From an uncultured archaeon (lineage in GTDB: Archaea > Thermoproteota > Nitrososphaeria_A > Caldarchaeales > Calditenuaceae): a stretch of DNA of 64,000 nucleotides. The notes beneath the pieces were generated by a model, which was not told where the DNA came from, did not search any database, and was given only the letters and a program-made list of their open reading frames with translations. Within the stretch, counting starts at the first letter, position 1. Every line of letters starts with the position of its first letter. The translations under genes and the position numbers were made by a program. Positions 9,401 to 18,333 of this stretch are shown here, in pieces. The DNA lies in NCBI GenBank assembly GCA_938017985.1, contig CALIKS010000017.1:496-64495 (forward strand), in the 5' to 3' direction.

Positions 9401-9418
9401 GAAGAAAAAACTTTTTGC
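9401..9418 (-). terminator. oligo-T tract downstream of rps30e
   Basis: The minus strand reads AAAAAGTTTTTTCTTC starting about 6 nt after the S30e stop (T6 run at 9405-9410). Archaeal termination commonly uses such T tracts. Confidence 0.35.
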
Positions 9419-9421
9419 TTA

Positions 9422-9577
9422 TTATTCAGTCGTTGTCGGTGCCGCGTTTAGAATTCTCTTGACGTAGTTAAGTCTGTTTCTCTCCCTCGGAATTGGGTAC
9501 TTCCTAGGCTTTGGCTCTAGCTTTGGAGTCTGGCTCCTCACCTTTCCGGCCTTTGTTATTGAGCCGTGCGATGGCAA
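9422..9577 (-). CDS. rps30e: 30S ribosomal protein S30e (eS30), TTG start
   Basis: My own translation gives MPSHGSITKAGKVRSQTPKLEPKPRKYPIPRERNRLNYVKRILNAAPTTTE (51 aa). The HGSxxKAGKVRxQTPK core is the eS30 signature. The start is TTG at 9577, preceded by an in-frame TAG. The ORF track missed it because it is under 60 aa. Confidence 0.8.
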   Translation of the reverse strand: MPSHGSITKAGKVRSQTPKLEPKPRKYPIPRERNRLNYVKRILNAAPTTTE

Positions 9578-9662
9578 CTATCTCACCATTCAAATTATGT
9601 AATCCGTTTGATTTAAACATTAATTCCATCATTTCCTAAAAGCGTTTTCTTTAATACTGGCC

Positions 9663-10862
9663 ATGATATCTACTCATACAGATTTGAGGACTACATTGCT
9701 CGTCACGACTCTTGGACTCGTCGCGATAACTGAGGGGGGAGAGATGCTCTGCGAGGAATTTCGCGGAAGGAGTTCTGAGAAGCTTAGACAACTGATGGAG
9801 GGCATCCCGATAGCAGAGCTCAAAAGTCTCCTAGAGAGGATGAAGGAGATAGACGCATCAATTGTTGTATGTGTTGACCAAAGACTGGCCGAGGCAGTCA
9901 GGTCTGCTCACCCAGAGATGGAAGTAATAGTCGAGACACTAGGCATTGAACACGACGCGCCATCATTAGCAGTAAAGTGTGGATTCGCCGCGGACCTGAA
10001 GGAATATGTCAAGAAGGCGCGTGAAACTGCCCTCGAGCTCTACGAGGAGAAAGTGAGGACGTCAGTCGCGAGAAGGGACTTAATGATCGTCCAAGCAGTC
10101 AAATTACTAGACGATTTGGACAAGCTTATCAACATGCTTTACTCACGCCTCATCGATTGGTATGGACAACACTTCCCCGAGCTTAACCAGTACGTCGACG
10201 ATCCAGAAACATATGCGAAACTTGTTCATAGGCTGGGAGCTAGGAAGAACTATCACGAGTCAGCCCTATCCGAGCTTCTAAAAGGCGAGTTAGTGTCAAA
10301 AATATTAGAGGTATGCAATAGAAGCCTCGGAGCTGAACTAAACGAAGTAGACGAGGCAAAAATCAGGAAGCTTGCGGGACGCATAATAGACCTGATGGAT
10401 TATAGAGTAGAGATGCAGAACTACGTTAAGTCACTCATGGATATCGAGGCGCCAAACCTCTCAGCAATCGCTGGACCGACAATCGGTGCTAGGCTAATAT
10501 CTCTGGCAGGCGGGCTAGAGGCACTGGCGAGAGCGCCGGCAAGCACAATCCAAGTACTCGGCGCGGAGAAGGCCCTCTTCAGATTCTTTAAGACGGGAAG
10601 GGGAGCGCCGAAGCATGGAGTCATCTTTCAGCATCCCTATGTCCACGGCTCGCCGAAGTGGCAGAGGGGAAAGATAGCACGCGCCTTGGCGACTAAGATA
10701 TCTATAGCCTCGAAGATTGACTATTTTAGCAGAGAGGACAGGTCCGCCGAGCTTAGAAAATCACTCGAGGAGAGAATATCTGAAATAAGGAATAAATATG
10801 CATCGCCTCCGCCAAAACAGGTCGTAAAGGGAAAATCGAGGAGGAAGATGAGTAAGAAATGA
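9663..10862 (+). CDS. nop5: C/D box sRNP protein Nop5 (Nop56/58)
   Basis: Nop domain motifs AGPTIGARLISLAGGLEALARAPASTIQVLGAEKALFR and GAPKHGVIFQHP are present, with a basic C-terminal tail. It lies directly upstream of fibrillarin. Confidence 0.9.
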   Translation: MISTHTDLRTTLLVTTLGLVAITEGGEMLCEEFRGRSSEKLRQLMEGIPIAELKSLLERMKEIDASIVVCVDQRLAEAVRSAHPEMEVIVETLGIEHDAPSLAVKCGFAADLKEYVKKARETALELYEEKVRTSVARRDLMIVQAVKLLDDLDKLINMLYSRLIDWYGQHFPELNQYVDDPETYAKLVHRLGARKNYHESALSELLKGELVSKILEVCNRSLGAELNEVDEAKIRKLAGRIIDLMDYRVEMQNYVKSLMDIEAPNLSAIAGPTIGARLISLAGGLEALARAPASTIQVLGAEKALFRFFKTGRGAPKHGVIFQHPYVHGSPKWQRGKIARALATKISIASKIDYFSREDRSAELRKSLEERISEIRNKYASPPPKQVVKGKSRRKMSKK

Positions 10863-11545
10863 TGATTGAGCCTCATCAAGCATTTATCGGAGTATACTGG
10901 CTAGTAGAGCAGAGTCAAAGAATACTTGCAACGATGAGCCTAGACCCTGGCACATCGATTTACGGCGAGAGGACGTTTAGGCATGGCGATAAAGAATTCA
11001 GAGAGTGGGTTCCGTATAGGAGCAAACTAGCAGCAGCAATCCTCACTGGTCTCAGAGAACTACCGATAAGGCCAGCAGTACAAGTACTGTATCTCGGCTC
11101 AGCGACAGGCACGACTGTCAGCCACGTCTCAGACATCGTCGGCGAAGAGGGAGTAATATTTGCAGTTGACTTCGCCCCGAGAGTCATGGCGCAATTCATA
11201 GAGAGAGTCGCTAGGAGGAGACGCAACGTCATCCCGATACTTGAAGATGCGAGGCTGCCCGAACGCTACTCAGCTTTTGTAGGCAAGGTCGACGTAGTCT
11301 ACTGCGACGTAGCTCAGCCAGAGCAGGCAAAGCTACTCATTGATAACTGCAGGGCATACCTAAAGAAGGGAGGAGAGGCACTCCTAGCAGTCAAGGCCAG
11401 AAGCATCGACAGCACCGAAGAGCCGGAGAGAGTATTCAGAAGAGAGATCGCAATACTGGAGAGAAGCGGACTCAAGGTCAAAGAACACGTAAGGCTTGAG
11501 CCCTACGAGGAAGACCACATAATGGTCCGAGTCAAGTATGATTAG
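10859..11545 (+). CDS. flpA: fibrillarin-like rRNA/tRNA 2'-O-methyltransferase
   Basis: Fibrillarin pattern is present: YGERTF...EFREWVPYRSKLAAAIL, VLYLGSATGTTVSHVSD, DVAQPEQ. It overlaps nop5 by 4 nt. Confidence 0.9.
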   Translation: MMIEPHQAFIGVYWLVEQSQRILATMSLDPGTSIYGERTFRHGDKEFREWVPYRSKLAAAILTGLRELPIRPAVQVLYLGSATGTTVSHVSDIVGEEGVIFAVDFAPRVMAQFIERVARRRRNVIPILEDARLPERYSAFVGKVDVVYCDVAQPEQAKLLIDNCRAYLKKGGEALLAVKARSIDSTEEPERVFRREIAILERSGLKVKEHVRLEPYEEDHIMVRVKYD

Positions 11546-12212
11546 AAGAAATGAGAGACTGATAGCGGGAATAGATGAGGCGGGCCGGGGCTCAGTAATA
11601 GGGCCACTCGTAGTCGCCATCGTCGTATCCACACCGGATAAAATCAAGACCCTAAAAATGCTCAGAGTCAAGGACTCTAAAAAACTATCAAGGAAGAAGA
11701 GAGAAGAAATCTATGAGCAATTATTGAGGCATGGGTTCATCACTGAGTCAATAGAGATTCAGCCTAGAGTAATTGATAGATATGCTAGGCGCTCAGGCGG
11801 GCCGGGAATTAATTCCTTAGAGGCAGAGGCATTTGCATCCTTGATTATAAAGACAAGTCCAGACATCGTTTATATAGACTCGCCTACCAAGATTGCAGAA
11901 GAGTTCGGCCAGCTAATCAGGAAGAGGCTCGGCGGATATAGATGCAGATTGATATGTGAACATGGGGCCGACGCCTCGAGGCCCATAGTCAGCGCCGCCT
12001 CAATCGTCGCAAAGGTCATGAGGGACAATGCAATTAAAAGAATCAAGAACATGCTAGGAGACCTCGGCTCAGGATATCCGAGCGATAAGAAAACAATCAA
12101 TGCACTCAGAGAACTGCTGAGAAGCGAGGGAGGCTCCAGCAGATTTATACGCATGTCTTGGAGAACAATCGATGCATTACAGCCAAGCCTAAATGACTAT
12201 TCAGAGAAGTAG
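11538..12212 (+). CDS. rnhB: ribonuclease HII
   Basis: The N-terminal AGIDEAGRGSVIGPLVV plus DSKKLS and SIVAK motifs belong to RNase HII. Confidence 0.85.
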   Translation: MIRRNERLIAGIDEAGRGSVIGPLVVAIVVSTPDKIKTLKMLRVKDSKKLSRKKREEIYEQLLRHGFITESIEIQPRVIDRYARRSGGPGINSLEAEAFASLIIKTSPDIVYIDSPTKIAEEFGQLIRKRLGGYRCRLICEHGADASRPIVSAASIVAKVMRDNAIKRIKNMLGDLGSGYPSDKKTINALRELLRSEGGSSRFIRMSWRTIDALQPSLNDYSEK

Positions 12213-12777
12213 ATTGAGCACTGCCCTATACGTAATTACTGGTCCTCCTGGATGTGGAAAAACAACGACTATAAGGCTAATCGCTGAGAAACTGAGGTTG
12301 ATTGGGATACCAATCGGCGGGATGATTACAAGCGAGGTAAGGCGGGGCGGCATAAGAGTTGGATTCGAGATACTTGACGTCTCTACCGGAAAGTCCCTAC
12401 CACTTGCAGGGCTCGGCAATGAAGAGCCAAGAATCGGAAAATACTCTGTATACATATCAAACATAGAGGAGATAGGGGTCAAGTCGATACTTCAAGCAAT
12501 CGATAACAATTCAGTGGTAATCATCGACGAGGTTGGACCGATGGAGCTCATGAGCCGAAAATTCATCGAGTCTGTAGAAAGAGCACTAAGCCAGTCAAGA
12601 ATAATAGTAGCCACTGTGCACTTCACTTCGAGACATCAACTAGCAGAGAAGCTGAGGAGGAAAGCGACGAGACTCATACAGCTCAGGAGAGGAGCCTCGA
12701 TGCATGAATTAGATAAAATAGCCTCAGAGCTCTCTCAGGAAATAGGGGTAAGGTTTAGGAGAAGTGTCGATGAGTGA
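12193..12777 (+). CDS. nucleoside-triphosphatase (THEP1/MJ1559-like P-loop NTPase)
   Basis: Walker A is ITGPPGCGKTT and Walker B is VVIIDEVGPMEL. GFEILDV...GKYSV matches the THEP1 family layout. Confidence 0.7.
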   Translation: MTIQRSRLSTALYVITGPPGCGKTTTIRLIAEKLRLIGIPIGGMITSEVRRGGIRVGFEILDVSTGKSLPLAGLGNEEPRIGKYSVYISNIEEIGVKSILQAIDNNSVVIIDEVGPMELMSRKFIESVERALSQSRIIVATVHFTSRHQLAEKLRRKATRLIQLRRGASMHELDKIASELSQEIGVRFRRSVDE

Positions 12778-13945
12778 TGAGCTAGGCTTCCCGGTCAAAT
12801 CAGTAATCGAGGGAAGCGCGAGGCTGCTTGTTCCTCAAGGAGTAGGCGAGGTCGACCCAGCCTCACTGCCAGTCTTCTACAATCCAGCCTCGAAGATCTC
12901 TAGAGACATCGCAGTCCTCGCAGTCGAGGGATACTTCAGAGACAAGAAGGAGTACTTGATGTGTGAGCCACTGGCGGGATGCGGCGTAAGGACGATCAGA
13001 ATAATGCTTGAGACATCCTCAATGAGTAGTGCAGTTGCAGGCGACATCAATGATAATGCGGCCAGACTTATCGAGCTAAACGCATCTCTCAATGGTCTGG
13101 GAGAAAGGGTAAGGGCGGTTCATATCGATGCAAATCACCTACTCGCCAAGATGCACGCAGAACACCAGAGAGCTGACTATATCGACATAGACCCAGCCGG
13201 CTCGCCTGCCAGGTTTCTCGAGAATGCGTGCAGGGCCACGAATAAGAATGGACTCCTCGGAGCATCTGCCACTGACCTCGCCGCACTGAGCGGCGCCTCG
13301 GCATCGACTGCACGCTGGAGGTATGGAGCATATCTAGTCAGGACGGTATTTCCGAGGGAGGTCGCTGCTAGGACGCTTGCGGGATTTATGGTTATGACGG
13401 CTGCTAGGCTTGGACTTTCCGCTGAGCCCGTCCTCACGGTTGTACATAGACATTTTGTCAGGGTTTTCGTTAAGCTTGGCCGGGGAAGGAGCCGGGCGCT
13501 GGATAGTGTCTCGAGGGTTGGATACCTCGCACACTGCGGGTCATGTCTCCTAACCATTAAGAATACTGAGCTTTCACTCATCGATGCTAATTGCCATGAA
13601 TGTGGAGGAAAGATAGTATCCATAGGGCCGCTCTGGCTAGGAGAACTCAGCAATAAAGAATTAATCAAAAATATACTGAGCAGCAGTAAGAGGGAAGACC
13701 CTATCTACAAGGAGGCGTATAAACTACTAAGGGGGATAGATGAGGAAATACAGGACATTCCGATGTATATTCCTGTCGCCGAGATCGCTAGGCGAGCAAA
13801 GACCTCGCCTCCAAGCGTCTCGAGACTAATAGAGAAGCTCAGAGAGATGGGGTACAGAGCCTCGATTACGCATCACGACCACTCAGCAATAAAGACAGAC
13901 GCCTCATTAAAGGTCATGATCGAGCTTAGTAGGCAGAGCCTATGA
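12764..13945 (+). CDS. trm1: tRNA (guanine26-N2)-dimethyltransferase Trm1
   Basis: Trm1-like N-terminus is present (FYNPASKISRDIAVL, EPLAGCGVRTIR, IDIDPAGSPARFL), with Cys pairs CGSC / CHECG. Confidence 0.8.
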   Translation: MSMSDELGFPVKSVIEGSARLLVPQGVGEVDPASLPVFYNPASKISRDIAVLAVEGYFRDKKEYLMCEPLAGCGVRTIRIMLETSSMSSAVAGDINDNAARLIELNASLNGLGERVRAVHIDANHLLAKMHAEHQRADYIDIDPAGSPARFLENACRATNKNGLLGASATDLAALSGASASTARWRYGAYLVRTVFPREVAARTLAGFMVMTAARLGLSAEPVLTVVHRHFVRVFVKLGRGRSRALDSVSRVGYLAHCGSCLLTIKNTELSLIDANCHECGGKIVSIGPLWLGELSNKELIKNILSSSKREDPIYKEAYKLLRGIDEEIQDIPMYIPVAEIARRAKTSPPSVSRLIEKLREMGYRASITHHDHSAIKTDASLKVMIELSRQSL

Positions 13946-13973
13946 AGCATTACATTATCATGTATTCATGAGT

Positions 13974-14073
13974 TGGGGGCGGTGGGATTCGAACCCACGG
14001 TCTCCGGGTTACTTCTCTGGCCAGTGAATACATCTGGAGCCCGGCGCCTTAGACCTTACTAGGCTACGCCCCC
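13974..14073 (-). tRNA. tRNA-Trp (anticodon CCA) with a 24-nt intron (14010..14033)
   Basis: Hand-folded cloverleaf: acceptor GGGGGCG/CGCCCCC, D stem GCCU/AGGC, anticodon stem CCGGG/CCCGG, loop CUCCAGA, T arm GUGGG-UUCGAAU-CCCAC. A 24-nt insert sits at the canonical 37/38 position. CCA is not encoded. Confidence 0.85.
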
Positions 14074-14133
14074 ACGCATTGAGCAATTCTTACTCCACCA
14101 AAAGAATTATAGACTCTAGGGTTGGATTTAGCT

Positions 14134-14730
14134 CTAGCGCGTGGATTGTGAGTTCTTATTGGGCTCGTATTGGAGTTTTAGTCTTAAAAGCCCCTTCGAG
14201 ATCTCCGAATCAATTATTCTTAGCTTGAACTCCTCAAAGATGCCTCTTGCAAGTTCGAATACGCATTCTGTAGACTCGATTGTTCCCCCTACGCCGAAGG
14301 CATTCACCTCGAATAATCCCTCCCCAACGGTTTTTATGTTTACTGTTTTTAATGGGAAAAATTTTAGCAGCTTGTACCCGAGGTCGAATAACTGCTCTGG
14401 AGTATCAGCAAGTATCCTCAGGTATTTTCCGACATCTCTTCCCAGTTTGTAGTAGCTGCTTAGTAGCTCGGTGCGGTTTGCATTGTAGAGCATTAACAAT
14501 AATTTATCCATGAATTCAGAGGGTAGCAGGATTGCATCGAAGTCTTTCAGGAGCTTGTATGTATTACACAGGTCTCTAAGAAAGTCCGGCTCTATGCCCT
14601 CATTCATGGCTTTTAGGCCAGCCTTGATTATCTCATTCGTCAGGGCATATACAGTCATGTTCTTTTTCTTAGCCATCAGTGAGAGCTCCTCTCCTAACGT
14701 AGACTCCACAGCTAATGACATCCTAGCCAT
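14134..14730 (-). CDS. hypothetical protein (possible ribbon-helix-helix N-terminus)
   Basis: 198-aa ORF between tRNA-Trp and the 5S rRNA. The N-terminus MSLAVESTLGEELSLMAKKKNMTVYALTNEIIKAGL resembles RHH/CopG-like folds. No family recognised. Confidence 0.4.
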   Translation of the reverse strand: MARMSLAVESTLGEELSLMAKKKNMTVYALTNEIIKAGLKAMNEGIEPDFLRDLCNTYKLLKDFDAILLPSEFMDKLLLMLYNANRTELLSSYYKLGRDVGKYLRILADTPEQLFDLGYKLLKFFPLKTVNIKTVGEGLFEVNAFGVGGTIESTECVFELARGIFEEFKLRIIDSEISKGLLRLKLQYEPNKNSQSTR

Positions 14731-14851
14731 AAACTCATCTGCAATGAGTGTATAGTTAAAGGTAAGTAAATAACCTTGTGGATATAATAATTCTATTGTT
14801 TACAATCTTCTACTAATAGTTATTAGTCACCAGTATGTCTCCGCCTCGATC

Positions 14852-14870
14852 TTTAAAATAGCCTTAAATC
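14852..14870 (+). promoter_or_regulatory. TATA/BRE-like elements upstream of 5S rRNA
   Basis: TTTAAAATA (14852-14860) and CTTAAAT (14863-14869) lie 26-43 nt upstream of the inferred 5S 5' end. Confidence 0.3.
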
Positions 14871-14894
14871 CAGGCCCGAGTAAATGATTCACCT

Positions 14895-15018
14895 GGGTTG
14901 CCGGTCATAGGATGGGGGGAAACACCCGGACCCATTCCGAACCCGGAAGTTAAGCCTCCATCCGCCTGGTGAGTAGTGGGGTGGGAAACCACCCGTGAAA
15001 GCCGGGTGCTGGCAACCC
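14895..15018 (+). rRNA. rrf: 5S ribosomal RNA (stand-alone)
   Basis: Terminal helix GGGUUGCC.../...GGCAACCC. Conserved internal segments are CCCAUUCCGAACCCGGAAGUUAAGC and GAGUAGUGG. Ends are approximate to +/-2 nt. Confidence 0.9.
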
Positions 15019-15086
15019 AATTATACATCCATTCTGAGAAAACTCAAGCAATCTTTATAATAAGTTGAAGATACTCTGCATGAATA

Positions 15087-15782
15087 ATGATTCTCAAAGT
15101 TGAGGTGGATACCGCAGTTATCATGCGTCGTTTAAATCGCTTCGTCATCGAGGCTTGTTATTTTGACAAGTCTCTAAAGCTATACCTCAGAAATACTGGT
15201 AGACTCAGCGAGCTACTCCTGCCAGGGTCTACCGCCTTGTTTATCCACCATAAAGGACCAAGGACGGATGGACTATTAGTCGGAATAATGATTGATGATA
15301 TGCGGGCAGCCATTCTCGACACGAAACTCCAGACAGTTATTTTTGAAGAATCATGGAGGAGAGGACTGATTCCATGGCTGGAGGGATGGAGGATTGCTAA
15401 GCGTGAATACAGATACCGTGACTCAAGGATTGATTACCTCATCGTGAAAAATAAGTCTAAGGGCTTACTAGAGATTAAGTCTGCTCTCTACCACTTGGGT
15501 GATAATTACTGCATGTATCCTGACACCATATCAATTCGTGGAAGAAGACACGTAGAGAGACTCATACAGGCTCGACGCAGAAATTATCAATCATTCTTGG
15601 TCTTCATATCTGCTCATCCATTATGCAGGTACTTCATGCCGTGCCGTGAGGCTGATCCATTCATCGGAGAAATATTAAGAAAAGCAAGAGAGTTAGGGGT
15701 TGATATTTATTCTGTAAAGATGCATCTCACCAAGGACGGTGAGGCTATTCTTGACTCGCCATCGATTCCCGTGTTGATTTAG
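15087..15782 (+). CDS. sfsA: SfsA-family protein (sugar fermentation stimulation protein homolog)
   Basis: The RLNRFVIEA N-terminal OB-like segment and the C-terminal EIKSA...GRRHVERL pattern are typical of SfsA. Confidence 0.7.
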   Translation: MILKVEVDTAVIMRRLNRFVIEACYFDKSLKLYLRNTGRLSELLLPGSTALFIHHKGPRTDGLLVGIMIDDMRAAILDTKLQTVIFEESWRRGLIPWLEGWRIAKREYRYRDSRIDYLIVKNKSKGLLEIKSALYHLGDNYCMYPDTISIRGRRHVERLIQARRRNYQSFLVFISAHPLCRYFMPCREADPFIGEILRKARELGVDIYSVKMHLTKDGEAILDSPSIPVLI

Positions 15783-15784
15783 GA

Positions 15785-17011
15785 TTATCCCTGCTTAAAA
15801 CCAACATACACTATCAATATTCCTATAAGTGCTAGCGAGGCTATGAGGGGAAGGACCGATAGATATGTCCCCGTCGTGTCTCTCAGCCATCCAGAAATTA
15901 TGGGTCCCAGAATTGCTCCAACACCGTCCGCCGTTATTACGATTCCATAGTTCTTCCCATAGTTTTTTGCTCCGAAAAATACCTTAGTAGACGTGGGAGC
16001 AATTGCTAGCCATCCACCTAGATTCAGCCAGAGGACAGCGAATCCCAGGTAGAATACGACCGCGTTGTCTACGCTGAAGAAGTATAATAAAAATGAAGCA
16101 GACGTAATCATGCTGAATGATAGCATCGAAGCAGCTCTGGGCTTCAACCTGTCTGTCAGCCAGCCGAAGAGCGGTCTCCCCAACCCATTAAAAATCGCGA
16201 ATAAAGAGACGGCTGCTGATGCCGTCATCTGGTCGATATGCACAATTTCTATTCCGAATGGCGCTGAGATGCCGACCGCGGTGAAGCCGGATAAGCAACC
16301 AATTGCGTATGCCAGCCAGAGGGTATAGAAGAACCTTGTTCTAAGCATCTCCGTCCTGCCGAGCTCTAACTGTGCTTCTTTATTCTGACTGCTAGAACCG
16401 GCTGACTCGTATGGGAATTGTCTTGGAAATCTTAGCAGAAACGAGAACGCCAATAGGACCAGTAGGATTGCTATTCCTAAATACTGGAATGTCATGAGGG
16501 GCCCTACTAGCTCTATCAAAATTGCAATTATTGGCGCTGTTAATAATGGTGAGAGGCCAAAGCCGAGAACTGTCAGTCCTATGGCTATCCCCGCTTTTTC
16601 TGGAAACCACTTTGCTGCCGTCGTTATTGGGACTGCGTAAACTGTCCCTGTTCCTGCGCCTCCTATTATTCCGTAGAGTATTGTGAGCATGTATATGTTG
16701 GACGAGTAGCCTGACAATATCCATCCCATAGCTACTAAGGAGCTCCCGAGAAAGAGTGTTAGCCTCGGTCCGAACCTGTCTAGGAAGCTGCCCGCGAAAG
16801 GCATGAAGAAGGCGAAGGCCGCCAGAAAGACCATGTAGGGCAGTCCACTCTCAGTGGAGGTGATTCCCCACAGATTCTCTAGTGGTTTTCTAAATATACT
16901 GTAGGAGTATATTGCTCCTATGCATAGATTAATGATGAATCCAACTATGACGATGACCCATCGATAGTCAAGACGACCCGATGACCTCTTAGGTGTTCTG
17001 AATATATTCAT
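15785..17011 (-). CDS. MFS transporter (oxalate/formate antiporter-like)
   Basis: About 12 predicted TM segments. FLDRFGPR and GWLTDRLKPR loops match the OFA-type MFS layout. It is a tandem paralog of the upstream gene. Confidence 0.75.
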   Translation of the reverse strand: MNIFRTPKRSSGRLDYRWVIVIVGFIINLCIGAIYSYSIFRKPLENLWGITSTESGLPYMVFLAAFAFFMPFAGSFLDRFGPRLTLFLGSSLVAMGWILSGYSSNIYMLTILYGIIGGAGTGTVYAVPITTAAKWFPEKAGIAIGLTVLGFGLSPLLTAPIIAILIELVGPLMTFQYLGIAILLVLLAFSFLLRFPRQFPYESAGSSSQNKEAQLELGRTEMLRTRFFYTLWLAYAIGCLSGFTAVGISAPFGIEIVHIDQMTASAAVSLFAIFNGLGRPLFGWLTDRLKPRAASMLSFSMITSASFLLYFFSVDNAVVFYLGFAVLWLNLGGWLAIAPTSTKVFFGAKNYGKNYGIVITADGVGAILGPIISGWLRDTTGTYLSVLPLIASLALIGILIVYVGFKQG

Positions 17012-18279
17012 GGAGTTTTTATCCTAGCAGGTTTCAGTCCAGTGTATGCAATTAGTAATCCAATGATAGCTAAAACGCTGACTACTGGGAAGACGCTGAG
17101 ATATGTGCCTGTTGTATCCTTTAGCCATCCTGAGGAGAGCATACCGAGTATTGCGCCGACACCATACGAAGTGAAGACTACGCCGTAATTTTTTCCATAA
17201 TACTTTGTCCCGAAGAATATCTTAGTCGCGGCAGGCGCAATGGCTAGCCATCCACCCAAGTTCAGCCAGAGGATTGAGAAGCAGACAAAGTAGATGACTG
17301 CGTTTCCCTCGCCGAGCATGTAGAGAAGCCCAGCAAACATGGCGATTAGTAAGAATGATATCATCGCAGTATTTCTAGGCTTCAGTCTATCAGTGAGCCA
17401 GCCGAAGAGCGGTCTTCCCATGCCGTTGAATATTGCGAAGACTGAGACCGCTATTGAGGATGTCTCTTGGCTTATCTTGGCCACTTCGAGCCCAAAGGGA
17501 GCTGCGATACCTATGGCCATTAGTCCAGAGAGGCAGCCTAACGTGTATGCTGTCCAAAGTGCATAGAAGGTCTTTGTTCTCAGCATCTCATGCCGATCGA
17601 GTTGTCCTACTTCTCTTGCCGCTGTCTGAGTGTTTAAAGACGTCTTGGCTGAGGTCCCCACACCTGATGACGGAAACTTTAGGGGAATGGATAGTAATAA
17701 TAGTATGATTAGGAAGGCTGCGCCGAGGTATAGGAAGGTCTGGAGCGGCCCTATTGAGGAAATCAGTACAGACATTATCGGCGCCGTGATTAGTGGTGAG
17801 AGCCCGAAGCCGAGCAGAGTTAGTCCCATGGCTGTGCCTGCCCTTTCTGGAAACCATCTTGCCGCTATTGCTATGGGTGCTCCGTAGACTACGCCGACAC
17901 CCGCCCCGCCTATTATTCCATAGAGAATGGTTAGTATGTAGATATTGCTTGATAGGCTTGCCAAGCACCAGCCGGCACCTACTAGAAGGCTGCCAATCAT
18001 TACGGTTATCCTGGGCCCGAACTTATCCAGAAATCCGCCGACAAGCGGCATCGTGAAGGCGAATAATGCGAGGAAGACCATGTATGGTAATCCACTCTCA
18101 GTCGATGATAATTTCCACAATGCTTCAAGAGGCTTCCTGAAGACGCTGTAGGAGTATATCGAGCCTAGACAAATGTTTATTACGAATCCGATGGCTACGA
18201 GCATCCACCGATACATAGAAGGACTACTTCTCCCAACATCGTTTTTAACATCCATATCGGTATCGTTTACAAAACGCAT
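17008..18279 (-). CDS. MFS transporter (oxalate/formate antiporter-like), tandem paralog
   Basis: Long identical stretches are shared with 15785..17011 (STESGLPYMVFLA, ILTILYGIIGGAG, LWLNLGGWLAIAP, KDTTGTYLSV). The two genes overlap by 4 nt. Confidence 0.75.
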   Translation of the reverse strand: MRFVNDTDMDVKNDVGRSSPSMYRWMLVAIGFVINICLGSIYSYSVFRKPLEALWKLSSTESGLPYMVFLALFAFTMPLVGGFLDKFGPRITVMIGSLLVGAGWCLASLSSNIYILTILYGIIGGAGVGVVYGAPIAIAARWFPERAGTAMGLTLLGFGLSPLITAPIMSVLISSIGPLQTFLYLGAAFLIILLLLSIPLKFPSSGVGTSAKTSLNTQTAAREVGQLDRHEMLRTKTFYALWTAYTLGCLSGLMAIGIAAPFGLEVAKISQETSSIAVSVFAIFNGMGRPLFGWLTDRLKPRNTAMISFLLIAMFAGLLYMLGEGNAVIYFVCFSILWLNLGGWLAIAPAATKIFFGTKYYGKNYGVVFTSYGVGAILGMLSSGWLKDTTGTYLSVFPVVSVLAIIGLLIAYTGLKPARIKTP

Positions 18280-18333
18280 TATAGCCTTATTTAAAGATAT
18301 GTAATTCCTGCTCGTTATGCATTGAATGTTGTG

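Noticed and set aside
9625-9640. Minus-strand AAUGAUGG (C-box-like) in the S30e/nop5 intergenic region
   Set aside because: No downstream D box occurs before the S30e start codon. The region is better explained as a divergent promoter or 5' leader.
13177-13668. 163-aa minus-strand ORF inside trm1
   Set aside because: It is antisense to a gene with clear Trm1 motifs and has no features of its own.
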